Shown here in pieces: positions 24,297-34,657 of a DNA stretch of 37,220 nucleotides (its first letter is position 1; every line of letters begins with the position of its first letter). The position numbers and the translations under genes were made by a program. The stretch is from an uncultured Porphyromonadaceae bacterium. GTDB lineage: Bacteria > Bacteroidota > Bacteroidia > Bacteroidales > UBA12481. The stretch is taken from positions 1 through 37,220 of the forward strand of contig CAYGOU010000002.1 of NCBI GenBank assembly GCA_964351455.1. Reading direction: 5' to 3'. The notes below the pieces were generated by a model that saw only the letters and a list, made by a program, of their open reading frames with translations, did no database searches and was not told the DNA's origin.

Positions 24297-25619
24297 ATGA
24301 AAATCTCCATTGTTGGGACCGGATATGTCGGTCTGGTTACCGGGACCTGTTTTGCAGAAACCGGGGTCACCACGATTTGCGTTGACATTGATAAGCGTAA
24401 AATTGATATGCTCAAGAACGGCCAGGTTCCTATTTATGAACCCGGACTTGAAGACATGATGCACCGCAATGTTGCCAAGGAGCGTCTCTCATTCACCACC
24501 CGGATCGAAGAGAGTCTTCCCGAGGCTGACGCTGCCTTCATCGCGGTTGGCACCCCACCGGATGAGGATGGCAGTGCTGACCTTAGGTACGTGGTTGGCG
24601 TGGCCCGCGACATCGGAAAGCATATGCAGGATTACCTGGTGGTGATAACCAAAAGTACGGTACCCATAGGTACCGCTGAGAAGGTTCGCCATGCAGTTCA
24701 GGAAGAGCTTGATAAAAGGGGAGCCAAAATACCCTTTGATGTGGCCTCCAACCCCGAGTTTCTTAAAGAAGGAAGTGCCATTCAGGATTTCCTGAAGCCC
24801 GACCGGATCGTGGTGGGTGTGGATTCTGATCGAGCCACCAAAACCCTGAACCGTCTGTACAAGCCATTTATACTGAATGGACATCCCCTGATTTTCATGG
24901 ACATACCCTCTGCTGAAATGACCAAATATGCAGCCAACTCGATGCTGGCCACCAAGATCAGTTTCATGAACGATATTGCCAATCTTTGCGAGATCGTGGG
25001 TGCCGATGTTGATATGGTCAGGAAGGGGATCGGCAGTGACAGCCGCATCGGAACCAAATTCATTTATCCCGGTGCAGGCTATGGGGGCAGCTGCTTTCCA
25101 AAGGATGTCAAGGCATTGATTCAGACGGCAAAGGAGAATGGATATCAGCTAAAGGTTTTGCAGGCGGTTGAGGATGTCAACGGCCAGCAGAAGCGGGTGC
25201 TGTTTGCCAAAATACATCGCCATTTTGACGGCAAGCTTAAGGGACTAAAGGTCGCAATATGGGGACTGGCGTTCAAGCCCAATACGGATGACATGCGTGA
25301 GGCCCCATCGCTGGTTTTGATAGAGCAGTTGCTCGAAGCCGGAGCCACTGTGGTGGCCTATGATCCAGTTGCCATGGAGGAGACGCACAGAAAAATCGGT
25401 GACGTCATCGGATATACCAACGACCCCTATGAAGCCATCATCGACGCCGACGCTTTGGTACTGGTGACCGAATGGTCGGAGTTCAGGGTCCCGAAATACA
25501 AGATCATGCAGAAGCTGATGAAAAAGCATGTGATATTCGATGGACGCAACATCTATGAGCCTGAAGAGGTGAATGAAAATGGTTTTACCTATTACGGTAT
25601 CGGAAGGATCACCAAATAA
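24297..25619 (+). CDS. ugd: UDP-glucose 6-dehydrogenase
   Basis: [23 protein letters not shown] (NAD fold), catalytic-Cys context [11 protein letters not shown], and 440 aa. Confidence 0.95.
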   Translation: MKISIVGTGYVGLVTGTCFAETGVTTICVDIDKRKIDMLKNGQVPIYEPGLEDMMHRNVAKERLSFTTRIEESLPEADAAFIAVGTPPDEDGSADLRYVVGVARDIGKHMQDYLVVITKSTVPIGTAEKVRHAVQEELDKRGAKIPFDVASNPEFLKEGSAIQDFLKPDRIVVGVDSDRATKTLNRLYKPFILNGHPLIFMDIPSAEMTKYAANSMLATKISFMNDIANLCEIVGADVDMVRKGIGSDSRIGTKFIYPGAGYGGSCFPKDVKALIQTAKENGYQLKVLQAVEDVNGQQKRVLFAKIHRHFDGKLKGLKVAIWGLAFKPNTDDMREAPSLVLIEQLLEAGATVVAYDPVAMEETHRKIGDVIGYTNDPYEAIIDADALVLVTEWSEFRVPKYKIMQKLMKKHVIFDGRNIYEPEEVNENGFTYYGIGRITK

Positions 25620-25627
25620 AACAATCC

Positions 25628-26569
25628 ATGAAAAAGATACTGGTAACCGGGGGTGCGGGATTTATAGGTTCGCATCTGTGCGAAAGGCTGCTGAATGATG
25701 GACATGAGGTCATTTGCCTCGACAATTATTTTACTGGTAGCAAACAAAATGTTATCCACCTGATCAGCAACCCATATTTCGAACTCATACGCCACGATGT
25801 CACCACCCCCTTCTTTGTGGAGGTGGATGAGATCTATAACCTTGCCTGTCCCGCCTCCCCGATCCATTACCAGTACAATCCCATCAAGACCATCAAGACT
25901 TCGGTTATGGGAGCGGTTAACATGCTGGGACTTGCCAAGCGAATCAGGGCCAGGATCCTTCAGGCATCCACCAGTGAAGTGTACGGTGACCCTCAGATCC
26001 ACCCGCAGACTGAAGATTACTGGGGTCATGTGAATCCGATTGGTTTGAGATCCTGTTATGACGAGGGCAAGCGATGTGCAGAATCCCTCTTTGTAAATTA
26101 TCACCAGCAGAACCAGGTGAGGATCAAAATTATCAGGATTTTCAACACCTATGGTCCGCGTATGCATCCACAGGATGGAAGGGTGGTTTCAAACTTCATC
26201 ATTCAGGCACTGCGCAACGAACCCATATCAATTTATGGCGACGGATCGCAGACACGCAGCTTTCAGTATGTCGATGACCTGGTTGAAGGAATGATCCGCA
26301 TGATGAATTCCAGGGAGGAGTTTACCGGTCCTGTTAACATTGGCAACCCCAGGGAGTTCACCATCCGCGAACTGGCTGAAAAGGTGATTGAACTTACAGG
26401 ATCATCTTCAAAACTGGAGTTCTATCCGCTACCACAGGATGACCCCACACAGCGGCAGCCCGACATATCACTGGCCCGCAGGGAACTGGGGAACTGGGAG
26501 CCGTTGATTCATCTTGACGAGGGACTTGCAAAGACGATCGGCTATTTCAAAAACCTGCTAAATCTCTGA
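25628..26569 (+). CDS. uxs: UDP-glucuronate decarboxylase (UDP-xylose synthase)
   Basis: [86 protein letters not shown] and [10 protein letters not shown]...DGRVVSNF. These are UXS-specific blocks rather than RfbB blocks. Confidence 0.9.
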   Translation: MKKILVTGGAGFIGSHLCERLLNDGHEVICLDNYFTGSKQNVIHLISNPYFELIRHDVTTPFFVEVDEIYNLACPASPIHYQYNPIKTIKTSVMGAVNMLGLAKRIRARILQASTSEVYGDPQIHPQTEDYWGHVNPIGLRSCYDEGKRCAESLFVNYHQQNQVRIKIIRIFNTYGPRMHPQDGRVVSNFIIQALRNEPISIYGDGSQTRSFQYVDDLVEGMIRMMNSREEFTGPVNIGNPREFTIRELAEKVIELTGSSSKLEFYPLPQDDPTQRQPDISLARRELGNWEPLIHLDEGLAKTIGYFKNLLNL

Positions 26570-26570
26570 C

Positions 26571-27452
26571 ATGAAAGGAATCATACTTGCGGGGGGTGCC
26601 GGCACCAGGCTATACCCCATCACCAAGAGCATATCCAAGCAAATCGTTCCGATTTACGACAAGCCGATGATCTATTATCCTTTGTCGGTGCTTATGCTTG
26701 CCGGGCTCAGGGAGATCCTGATCATTTCAACACCAACCGACCTCCGGCTATACCGTGATCTGTTCGGTAACGGCGGGCAGCTGGGATTGAAGATTCAATA
26801 TGCCGAGCAGCCCTCACCCGACGGACTGGCGCAGGCCTTTCTGATCGGGGAGGAATTTCTTGACGGAAGCGAGGCCTGCCTGGTTTTAGGTGACAACATC
26901 TTTTACGGATACAGTTTTGGCTCCATTCTGAGGGAGGCCGGACAGCTGAATCACGGAGCACTGGTTTTCGGATACTACGTACAGGATCCGGAACGGTACG
27001 GCGTGGCTGAATTCAACTCCGAGGGCAAGGTGCTGAGCATTGAGGAGAAACCCGCAAAACCAAAATCCAATTATGCCGTGACCGGTCTTTACTTTTACGA
27101 CAACACCGTTGTTGAAAAGGCCAGATCCCTGAAGCCCTCGGTCAGGGGAGAGCTTGAGATCACCGATCTTAACCGCCTCTATCTTGAAGAGGATAAACTA
27201 CAGGTCAGGCTGCTGGGTCGCGGTATGGCCTGGCTTGACACCGGAACCCATGACAGCCTGCTGCAGGCATCCAATTTCATTGCAACGATTGAACAGCGGC
27301 AGGGTTTGAAGGTTGCCTGTATTGAAGAGATTGCCTACAACCAGGGTTATATAAGCCGCGAAGAGCTTCTGAAACTGGCCGAACCGCTCAGCAAGAACCA
27401 ATACGGACAATACCTGGTCAGCGTTGCCAACAACGCTTTTAAAACCCTTTAA
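26571..27452 (+). CDS. rfbA: Glucose-1-phosphate thymidylyltransferase
   Basis: [34 protein letters not shown], and [15 protein letters not shown]. Confidence 0.95.
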   Translation: MKGIILAGGAGTRLYPITKSISKQIVPIYDKPMIYYPLSVLMLAGLREILIISTPTDLRLYRDLFGNGGQLGLKIQYAEQPSPDGLAQAFLIGEEFLDGSEACLVLGDNIFYGYSFGSILREAGQLNHGALVFGYYVQDPERYGVAEFNSEGKVLSIEEKPAKPKSNYAVTGLYFYDNTVVEKARSLKPSVRGELEITDLNRLYLEEDKLQVRLLGRGMAWLDTGTHDSLLQASNFIATIEQRQGLKVACIEEIAYNQGYISREELLKLAEPLSKNQYGQYLVSVANNAFKTL

Positions 27453-27462
27453 CACAAAGCGC

Positions 27463-28017
27463 ATGCAAATATTGGAGACTCCCCTGGCGGGACTGTTCAT
27501 CATCGAGCCGGTTGTATACGAGGATCAGCGGGGTTATTTTTATGAGAGTTACAACCACCGTCGCTTCAATGAACTCGGAATTGGCATGGAGGGGGTTCAG
27601 GATAACCAGTCGCTGTCTCAATACGGAGTGATCAGGGGCCTGCACTACCAACTGGCCCCCTATGCCCAGAGCAAACTGGTAAGGGTGCTCGAGGGTGCGG
27701 TCTGGGATGTGGCGGTGGATATCCGTAAGGGTTCGCCCACTTACGGACAGTGGTATGGGATTGAGCTGAGTGCCGAAAACAAAAGGCAACTCTACATTCC
27801 GAAGGGTTTTGCCCACGGTTTTGCCGTTACCACTGAAAAGGCGGTCTTCTATTACAAGTGTGACCAGTATTACCACCCCGCCTCAGAGAGAGGGATCCAT
27901 TACCTGGACAGTGCCCTGGCCATCGACTGGCCAATTCCGCCAGAGCGATCGGTCATCAGTGCAAAAGACCAGGTGCTGCCATCACTGAAGGATGCGGAAC
28001 ACAATTTTGTTTTCTGA
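27463..28017 (+). CDS. rfbC: dTDP-4-dehydrorhamnose 3,5-epimerase
   Basis: The ATG at 27463 gives MQILETPLAGLFIIEPVVYEDQRGYFYESY...RGLHYQ...KLVRVLEGAVWDVAVDIRKGSPTYGQW. The track start at 27424 overlaps rfbA and adds non-conserved residues. Confidence 0.95.
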   Translation: MQILETPLAGLFIIEPVVYEDQRGYFYESYNHRRFNELGIGMEGVQDNQSLSQYGVIRGLHYQLAPYAQSKLVRVLEGAVWDVAVDIRKGSPTYGQWYGIELSAENKRQLYIPKGFAHGFAVTTEKAVFYYKCDQYYHPASERGIHYLDSALAIDWPIPPERSVISAKDQVLPSLKDAEHNFVF

Positions 28018-28889
28018 TGAAGGTTCTTCTGACAGGTGCCAACGGACAACTGGGACAGTCGCTGATTCACCACACCGAACGGACCGGATCCCGGGAGTGG
28101 ATCGCAACCGATTACCATGAACTTGACATAACAAACTTCGGTGAGGTTGAAAAGGCCTTCATTCAGCATGCCCCGGATGCGGTGGTCAATTGCGCAGCCT
28201 ATACCGCTGTTGACAAGGCAGAGACAGAGCCTGACCTGGCCTGGCAGATCAACGCACTGGGTCCGGAAAATCTGGCGAAGGCATGCAAACGCTTTGGATC
28301 CCTCCTGGTGCATATCTCAACCGATTACGTTTTTCCCGGCACCGGTTTCCGCCCTTACCGTGAGGAGGATCCCACCGGTCCCCCTTCACGCTACGGACAA
28401 TCAAAGCTGGATGGAGAACTTGCCGTTAAGGCCTGGAATCCACGCTCTCTCACCCTCCGCACCAGCTGGCTTTATTCGGCATATGGAAACAACTTCGTTA
28501 AAACAATGATGCGACTGGGTGCAGAGAGAAGCTCAATCCGGGTGGTTTCAGACCAGACCGGATCACCAACCTGGGCCCATGACCTGGCCACGGCCATTCT
28601 GTCTCTTCTGAAACATTACCATGAAAATCCAGCCTTATTAAACGAAGCTGAACTTTATCACCTCTGCAATACCGGCACCGCATCATGGTTCGATCTGGCC
28701 ACCGCAATCATGGAGATTGCTAAACTGCCTTGTCAGGTGATACCCATCGCAACGGAAGAGTATCCTCTGCCGGCACCACGGCCTTTCTTCAGTGTCATGG
28801 AGACCCGGAAAATCAGGCAGGATTTTGGAATGGAACTCCCATACTGGCGAACCAGTCTCGAAAATTGTATAAGGATAATCCAGGGTTAA
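28017..28889 (+). CDS. rfbD: dTDP-4-dehydrorhamnose reductase
   Basis: MKVLLTGANGQLG...VVNCAAYTAVDKAE...ISTDYVF...YGQSKL. ATGA-type overlap with the rfbC stop. Confidence 0.9.
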   Translation: MKVLLTGANGQLGQSLIHHTERTGSREWIATDYHELDITNFGEVEKAFIQHAPDAVVNCAAYTAVDKAETEPDLAWQINALGPENLAKACKRFGSLLVHISTDYVFPGTGFRPYREEDPTGPPSRYGQSKLDGELAVKAWNPRSLTLRTSWLYSAYGNNFVKTMMRLGAERSSIRVVSDQTGSPTWAHDLATAILSLLKHYHENPALLNEAELYHLCNTGTASWFDLATAIMEIAKLPCQVIPIATEEYPLPAPRPFFSVMETRKIRQDFGMELPYWRTSLENCIRIIQG

Positions 28890-28907
28890 CCACTAAACAT
28901 TGCTACC

Positions 28908-30692
28908 ATGACAGATCCGAATTTATTGTCAACCATAATTGATAAGGCCAGATTATGGCTGGATGATGGTTTTGATGAGCAAACCCGCGCCGAGGTCAGG
29001 CGGATGCTTGACGAGGACCAGGAAGGTCTTACAGAGGCATTTTATACCGACCTCGAGTTTGGAACCGGTGGACTCAGGGGCATTATGGGGGTAGGTACCA
29101 ATCGGGTGAATATTTACACCATTGGAATGGCAACACAGGGACTGGCCAACTATCTTAAAAAAAGCTACCCCGCCGGAACCCGCCTCAAGGCAGCGGTAAC
29201 CTATGACAGCAGAAACCAGTCGAGGCTCTTCGCTGAAACCACCGCTGATGTTTTTTCAGCCAATGGTATCGAGGTGTATCTGACCCGTGAGCTGCGACCT
29301 ACGCCTGAACTCTCCTTTGCGATCCGTCATTTTGGTTGTCACTCGGGGGTAGTGGTCACTGCCTCGCACAACCCGAAGGAGTATAACGGATATAAGGTTT
29401 ACTGGTCAGACGGAGGCCAGGTGGTTCCGCCTCACGATAAGGGCATCATCGCAGAGGTCAAGTCAATTCGTTCGATCCGTGAGGTGAAGTTCGGTGCTGT
29501 TCGTGAAAAAATTCACCTGGTCGGGGATGAACTGGATGAGGCCTATCTCGAAAAGGTCTGTTCCCTGTCGCTGAATCCTGAGATCATCAGACAACAATCT
29601 GACTTCCCGATGGTCTTCACCCCAATCCACGGGTCATCCGTGAAACTGGTACCAATGGCTCTGCAGAGAATGGGCTTCAAAAACATCATCCATGTTCCCG
29701 AACAGGATGTTCCGGATGGCAATTTCCCGACCGTTCACTCACCCAACCCCGAAGAGAAGGCCGCTCTGAACATGGCGATTGAAAAGGCCAGGGTCAGCGG
29801 GGCAGCCCTGGTGATGGCTTCAGATCCCGACGGCGACCGCGTTGGGATCGCGGTCAGGCGCAAGGATGGCGACTACCAATTATTGAATGGCAATCAAACC
29901 GGGGCACTGATGGTTTACTACCTGCTGAGTCAGTTGCACCGTCAGGGAAAATTAAAGGGAAATGAATACATCGCCCGGACCATAGTAACCACGGCGCTCT
30001 TTGATGAGATCGCCAGCAAATTCGGGGTAAAAACCTATCATGTTCTGACAGGGTTCAAATACATCGCCGAGTTGATCCGCAACAAGGAGGGCCAGGAGCT
30101 TTTTATTGGCGGAGGCGAGGAGTCATACGGTTTCATGGTTGGGGATTTTGTGCGCGACAAGGATGCAGTGGCAAGTTGCCTGCTGATCGCCGAGACTGCG
30201 GCGTGGGCCAAGTCGAACGGATGGTCGCTGCTGGATCTTCTCGATAACATTTACAAAGAATTTGCACTTTACCATGAACACCTGATCTCGATTGTAAGGA
30301 AGGGAAAATCGGGACAGGAGGAGATCGCCGCAATGATGGAAAGACTGCGCAGCAGTCCACCGCAATCCCTTGGGGGATCGAATGTAATGATGGTTCATGA
30401 TTTTCAAGCCGGAAAAAGTTACGATCAGATCTCGCATCTGAGATATGACCTTCTGCTGCCCAAATCCAACGTATTGCAGTTTGTAACCCAGGATGGTTCT
30501 GTGGTATCAGCCAGACCTTCAGGGACCGAACCCAAGATCAAATTCTATTTTTCTGTACGACAGCCGGTGCCATCCGGCATTACGCCCGCTGAAGTAAAAA
30601 AGGAACTCGAAGGCAAAGTGGAGAAAATGATCAGGGAGCTGGGAGTGGAAAATTGGCAGGCAAAATCCCCCGGTTATGAAAACCTATCGTAA
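28908..30692 (+). CDS. Phosphoglucomutase/phosphomannomutase-family phosphohexomutase (PgcA-like, 594 aa)
   Basis: Active-site loop [17 protein letters not shown], metal-binding [10 protein letters not shown], and sugar-binding GGEESYGF. Confidence 0.85.
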   Translation: MTDPNLLSTIIDKARLWLDDGFDEQTRAEVRRMLDEDQEGLTEAFYTDLEFGTGGLRGIMGVGTNRVNIYTIGMATQGLANYLKKSYPAGTRLKAAVTYDSRNQSRLFAETTADVFSANGIEVYLTRELRPTPELSFAIRHFGCHSGVVVTASHNPKEYNGYKVYWSDGGQVVPPHDKGIIAEVKSIRSIREVKFGAVREKIHLVGDELDEAYLEKVCSLSLNPEIIRQQSDFPMVFTPIHGSSVKLVPMALQRMGFKNIIHVPEQDVPDGNFPTVHSPNPEEKAALNMAIEKARVSGAALVMASDPDGDRVGIAVRRKDGDYQLLNGNQTGALMVYYLLSQLHRQGKLKGNEYIARTIVTTALFDEIASKFGVKTYHVLTGFKYIAELIRNKEGQELFIGGGEESYGFMVGDFVRDKDAVASCLLIAETAAWAKSNGWSLLDLLDNIYKEFALYHEHLISIVRKGKSGQEEIAAMMERLRSSPPQSLGGSNVMMVHDFQAGKSYDQISHLRYDLLLPKSNVLQFVTQDGSVVSARPSGTEPKIKFYFSVRQPVPSGITPAEVKKELEGKVEKMIRELGVENWQAKSPGYENLS

Positions 30693-31092
30693 AGAACTAT
30701 GGTTCAACACAACCCGGCGCCGCGAGATGATCAACATCACCGCAGAAGTTGAGCAGTGCCTCAGTGAGAGCGGTATTCGCGAAGGACTGCTGCTTTGCAA
30801 CGCCATGCACATAACCTCGTCGGTTTTCATCAACGATGATGAGGGGGGATTGCACCAAGACATGGAGAGCTGGCTTGAAAGGCTGGCCCCCGAAAAACCT
30901 CACTCCCAGTATCGACACAACACCTACGAAGACAATGCCGACGCCCACCTTAAGCGGACCATCATGGGCCGGGAGGTGGTGGTGGCAGTCACCGGAGGGG
31001 CATTGGATTTCGGTCCGTGGGAACAGATTTTTTATGGGGAATTCGATGGAAAGCGGGCCAAACGGGTGCTTGTTAAAATTATTGGGGAGTAA
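30676..31092 (+). CDS. yjbQ: YjbQ/UPF0047 family protein (secondary thiamine-phosphate synthase-like)
   Basis: 138 aa. [33 protein letters not shown]...WL and [35 protein letters not shown] are typical YjbQ blocks. Confidence 0.8.
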   Translation: MKTYRKELWFNTTRRREMINITAEVEQCLSESGIREGLLLCNAMHITSSVFINDDEGGLHQDMESWLERLAPEKPHSQYRHNTYEDNADAHLKRTIMGREVVVAVTGGALDFGPWEQIFYGEFDGKRAKRVLVKIIGE

Positions 31093-32497
31093 GGAATTCA
31101 GCTTTGAAGTTCACCAGATAAACCCGTTCCGTTGCGCGTGTGACCGCAGTGTATAGCCACCGGTAATACTCCTTATCGAGTTTTGACTCTTCGACCCAGC
31201 CCTGATCGATGTAAACATGCTTCCACTGGCCACCCTGGGCTTTGTGGCAGGTCATGGCGTATGCAAATTTGATCTGCAAGGCGTTGAAATAGGGATCCTG
31301 CCGGATCGCATCGCTGCGGTGCTTTTTTCCTTTCATGTGCTGGTAGTCGGCCGATACCTCCGCAAACAAATTGCGCATCGAATCACGGTCGAGGGAGGCT
31401 GACTCAGACCGTAAGGTATCGAGCAGCACAAGGGCATCGAATTCGAATTGCCTGTAGTCGGTAAACCTCAGGGTCATTTCGCAAAACCTGAAATTATAAA
31501 GCTCGCGGTACTGCCGGGTTCGCATCACTTCAAGTATGTCGCCATTGGCAATGAAATCAACTTCGGGTGAATCTTTGAGCCAGAAGTAATTGTTTCTGAC
31601 CACCATAACCAGGTCACCCTGTGAGATCTCATTGTCCTTCCACAGAATCATGTTTCTGACCCCCTCATTGTATCGGTTTGCCTGCTTGTTGGATCGGCAA
31701 ACCACCAGGGTCTCATCCAGACCTGCCGTATCATAGGAGCGCTGCAGGGTGTCGATCAGCGAATCACCCCCAATGGATTCGACCGCCGATCCCTGTTCTG
31801 CCTTCAGATCAGGAAAGCCAAAATCATCCTTTGCCAACCTCATTCTCAGGTTGGTTGCATTGCTCAGGATCATTGAACCCTCCTCCTGCCTGACCACCTC
31901 GGTGAGGCTGCAATGGCTGACGGGGAATCCGAAGGTTGCCAGCATTGAAGGATCCAGAGCGGGACTGCGGTCAAAACCCACTGGTGGTAACTGGGCCTCA
32001 TCCCCAATTAGAACCAGCTTGCATGACGGACCTGAAAACACATACTTAATAAGATCCTCTAAGAGTCTTCCGCTGCCAAAGGGAGACAGGTCGAGCGACT
32101 GGTCGGATATCATCGAAGCTTCATCCACTAAAAAAAGGGTCGACCTGGCCAGGTTACGGTCGAGTTCAAATTCACCGAAGCCCCCAACCGATCTCTTCTG
32201 CCGGTAGATGAGCTTATGAATGGTGTAGGCAGGTTTACCCGCGAAGGCTGAGAAAACTTTGGCAGCGCGTCCGGTGGGAGCCATCAGCACGGTGCGGTAT
32301 CGATGGCCCTCCATCGACCTCACCAAGGAAGCGATGAGGGATGTTTTTCCGGTTCCGGCATAGCCGGTCAGGAGAAAGATTTCACTGCCATTGCCTGAAA
32401 GGTAACTTACCAGGCCTTCTACAGCCGTCTCCTGTCCCTCTGTCGGGGAATACCTCAGTTCCTTGAGAATTTGTGCTGTAAGCTTTGCGGTAATCAT
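31079..32497 (-). CDS. SF1B RecD/Dda-like ATP-dependent DNA helicase (472 aa)
   Basis: Motif I is [13 protein letters not shown], motif II is [10 protein letters not shown], motif III is [14 protein letters not shown], and the C-terminal motif is [17 protein letters not shown]. Confidence 0.8.
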   Translation of the reverse strand: MITAKLTAQILKELRYSPTEGQETAVEGLVSYLSGNGSEIFLLTGYAGTGKTSLIASLVRSMEGHRYRTVLMAPTGRAAKVFSAFAGKPAYTIHKLIYRQKRSVGGFGEFELDRNLARSTLFLVDEASMISDQSLDLSPFGSGRLLEDLIKYVFSGPSCKLVLIGDEAQLPPVGFDRSPALDPSMLATFGFPVSHCSLTEVVRQEEGSMILSNATNLRMRLAKDDFGFPDLKAEQGSAVESIGGDSLIDTLQRSYDTAGLDETLVVCRSNKQANRYNEGVRNMILWKDNEISQGDLVMVVRNNYFWLKDSPEVDFIANGDILEVMRTRQYRELYNFRFCEMTLRFTDYRQFEFDALVLLDTLRSESASLDRDSMRNLFAEVSADYQHMKGKKHRSDAIRQDPYFNALQIKFAYAMTCHKAQGGQWKHVYIDQGWVEESKLDKEYYRWLYTAVTRATERVYLVNFKAEFLTPQ

Positions 32498-32543
32498 CGC
32501 TCACATTCTTGCCGGCTGTGAATAGATTAAAAATTATTTATAC

Positions 32544-32551
32544 TAAATTTG
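32544..32551 (+). promoter_or_regulatory. Candidate -7 box TAAATTTG for the hypothetical / DUF3822-like / rsmD unit
   Basis: Exact TAnnTTTG match 28 nt upstream of the ATG at 32579. The track's TTG start at 32549 lies inside this box. Confidence 0.35.
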
Positions 32552-32578
32552 CACACAAACTTAAACAAATCCATACTG

Positions 32579-33181
32579 ATGAAAACGGTCAGATACATCT
32601 TTCAGGTTATACTTCTCGTGGCCATCGTAGTTCTGGTATACTTCATTTACACCGGTGTCATGAAGCCGATTAACTTTGAGCATGAAAAGAAAGCAAGATA
32701 CGAACAGGTGATCCAGCGCCTGAAGGAGATCCGGACCGCCCAGGTGGCATACCGCTCGATTTACGGCAAGTATACCGGAAGCTTTGACACCCTGATCCAT
32801 TTTGTCAAGGCAGATTCTTTCCCGGTTGAATACGCTGAAGGATCCCTTGATGACTCCCTGGCCGTTGCCATGGGCCTGATCGTCAGGATGACCTATTATG
32901 TTCCGGTTAGAGACTCCCTTTTCCCCAGCACCTATCCGATTGATTCCATTCGCTTTGTGCCCGGTACCGCAGGCATTCCGTTTACCCTGAAGGCTGGAAC
33001 CATCGAAACAGCATCAAAGGTTGTTGTTCAGGTATTTGAGGCAGGAGCATTGAACTTTGATATCCTGAAAGGCCTTGATCGTCAGCTGATCGTTAATCTC
33101 AACGACAAAATGAAAGCATATGCCGGACTGAGGGTTGGCAACATTGACGAGGCCAACAACAACGCCGGTAACTGGGAATAG
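32579..33181 (+). CDS. Hypothetical membrane-anchored protein (200 aa from the ATG at 32579)
   Basis: A long ORF with one N-terminal hydrophobic helix (IFQVILLVAIVVLVYFIY). I recognise no catalytic motif. Confidence 0.5.
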   Translation: MKTVRYIFQVILLVAIVVLVYFIYTGVMKPINFEHEKKARYEQVIQRLKEIRTAQVAYRSIYGKYTGSFDTLIHFVKADSFPVEYAEGSLDDSLAVAMGLIVRMTYYVPVRDSLFPSTYPIDSIRFVPGTAGIPFTLKAGTIETASKVVVQVFEAGALNFDILKGLDRQLIVNLNDKMKAYAGLRVGNIDEANNNAGNWE

Positions 33182-33189
33182 TCCTGGCC

Positions 33190-34044
33190 ATGCTGCCTGT
33201 CGCCGTCATTGACGAATCCTTTGACCCCAACATCACATCAACCTACCACCTGTTGGTAGTAGTCTCCCCGGAGACCTTTTCATTTTGCATACTAGATACG
33301 GTGAGGATGAAATTCCTTGCCCTCAAAAGCTTCCATTTTGGCCAATCCCTGGCACCAAACCATCAGGTTGGCGAGCTGCAACGGATCTTTCACACAGAGG
33401 GTTTTCTCATCAGGAGCTACAAATCTGTCTTTGTATCCTTTAACACCTTCAAATCTGTCCTGGTACCATCCCCCCTATTCAACGCCGACCGACTGGAGAC
33501 CTATTTCAGATATAGCACCCCGGTGAGCGCAGATGAGGTCATTCTCTTCACCAGGATACCTGCCATCGATGCCCAGGTGCTCTATGCAGTTCCCAGGGAA
33601 GTCATGGCTGAGATTGAAAACAGCCTTGACCAGGTCAGGTTTTTTAACCAGGCTTGTCCACTGATTACGGATGCCATCACCGACCGCACGACCTCACCCT
33701 CCTCCAGAGTCTATCTCCAGGTGAATGACGGGTTCTTTGACCTCGCCGCCTTCATGGGCAACAAACTGCTTCTCTATAACAGCTACCTGAACCAATCGGT
33801 TGAAGACCTGATATTTCTGGTACTTTACGTCTATGAACAACTGGATTTGGATCCTGAAAACACCTCACTGTGGCTGTGCGGTCGTATTACAGAAAACGAG
33901 CCGCTGGTCGGGCAGCTCAGAAAATACATCCGAAAGGTGGATTTTATGGAGTTCAACCGGAGTTACTCATACAGTTACACCTTCAACGATCTGGTTCAGC
34001 ACCATTTTGTGCAACTCGTCAACCTGGCCAGATGCGAATCATAA
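33190..34044 (+). CDS. Conserved hypothetical protein, probably DUF3822 family
   Basis: 284 aa. The N-terminus (STYHLLVVVSPETFSFCILD...LALKSF) resembles the DUF3822 opening block as I remember it. It sits immediately upstream of, and overlapping, rsmD, as in many Bacteroidota. The family assignment is from recollection and was not searched. Confidence 0.5.
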   Translation: MLPVAVIDESFDPNITSTYHLLVVVSPETFSFCILDTVRMKFLALKSFHFGQSLAPNHQVGELQRIFHTEGFLIRSYKSVFVSFNTFKSVLVPSPLFNADRLETYFRYSTPVSADEVILFTRIPAIDAQVLYAVPREVMAEIENSLDQVRFFNQACPLITDAITDRTTSPSSRVYLQVNDGFFDLAAFMGNKLLLYNSYLNQSVEDLIFLVLYVYEQLDLDPENTSLWLCGRITENEPLVGQLRKYIRKVDFMEFNRSYSYSYTFNDLVQHHFVQLVNLARCES

Positions 34045-34565
34045 CCGGTGAGCTGGGTGGAAGAACCATCCACGTTCCTAAGAGCTTCAGAGCCAGACCA
34101 ACCACAGACAAAGCCAGAGAGGCCCTTTTTAACATTCTGCGTTCACGGATCGACCTGACCGAATGCAAAGTTCTCGACCTTTTTGCCGGTACCGGGATCA
34201 TCAGTTTTGAGTTTGCCTCCTGCGGAGCTCCCATGATTGTTGCTGTAGAAAAAGACCCCATTCACTGCAAATCGATACGGGAGAACATCAAGATCCTTAA
34301 TGTACCGCAGGTCAAGGCAGTCAATACTGATGTTTTCAGAATTCTTAAATCCCCCTCTCAAACATTCGATATCATCTTTGCCGACCCTCCTTTTAATCAT
34401 CGAAGAATCTCCGAAATTCCCGGTTTGGTAATGGATTCAGGTTGCCTTACGCCCCAAGGGCTTTTCATACTAGAGCATGGACCGGAACTAAAAACGGATC
34501 ACCTGCGGCATTTCAGGGAAACCCGTCATTACGGCAAGGTCCACTTCTCATTCTTTAGCGATTAA
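34032..34565 (+). CDS. rsmD: 16S rRNA (guanine966-N2)-methyltransferase RsmD
   Basis: The ATG at 34032 gives MRIITGELGGRTIHVPKSFRARPTTDKAREALFNIL..., LDLFAGTGIISFE and FADPPF. The 162-nt upstream extension in the track overlaps the preceding gene and is not RsmD-like. Confidence 0.85.
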   Translation: MRIITGELGGRTIHVPKSFRARPTTDKAREALFNILRSRIDLTECKVLDLFAGTGIISFEFASCGAPMIVAVEKDPIHCKSIRENIKILNVPQVKAVNTDVFRILKSPSQTFDIIFADPPFNHRRISEIPGLVMDSGCLTPQGLFILEHGPELKTDHLRHFRETRHYGKVHFSFFSD

Positions 34566-34608
34566 CAACTTTTAACTTTTTGAGGATCATAACCAAACCC
34601 TCAACGGT

Positions 34609-34616
34609 TAAATTTG
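34609..34616 (+). promoter_or_regulatory. Candidate -7 box TAAATTTG for the M28 peptidase genes
   Basis: Exact TAnnTTTG match 42 nt upstream of the ATG at 34658. Confidence 0.35.
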
Positions 34617-34657
34617 TCTGGTGGCGTTTTCCTTAACCTCTTCATAATCTGAACCTC

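Noticed and set aside
25592-26167. 191-aa minus-strand ORF
   Set aside because: It is antisense to uxs, which has unambiguous UDP-xylose synthase motifs on the plus strand.
25628-26569. Possibility that this SDR gene is the missing rfbB
   Set aside because: Its sequence blocks ([46 protein letters not shown]) are those of UDP-glucuronate decarboxylase, and it directly follows ugd.
31749-32207. 152-aa plus-strand ORF
   Set aside because: It is antisense to the helicase gene in the region encoding helicase motifs I-III.
32579-33181. Possible pilin or pseudopilin-like protein (N-terminal hydrophobic helix followed by an AQ..Y....G.Y-like segment)
   Set aside because: It has no prepilin peptidase cleavage motif (G/FTLIE-like), and no pilus or type II secretion genes are nearby. 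The resemblance is superficial.
33870-34031. 54-codon extension of rsmD, and similar extensions of rfbC (27424-27462) and the hypothetical gene (32549-32578)
   Set aside because: The extensions overlap upstream coding sequence or promoter motifs and carry non-conserved sequence. Internal ATGs give the canonical N-termini.
34580-34604. TTGAGG...CCTCAA inverted repeat downstream of rsmD, considered as a terminator
   Set aside because: It has only a 6-bp stem, a 13-nt loop and no trailing U-run, which is too weak to call.
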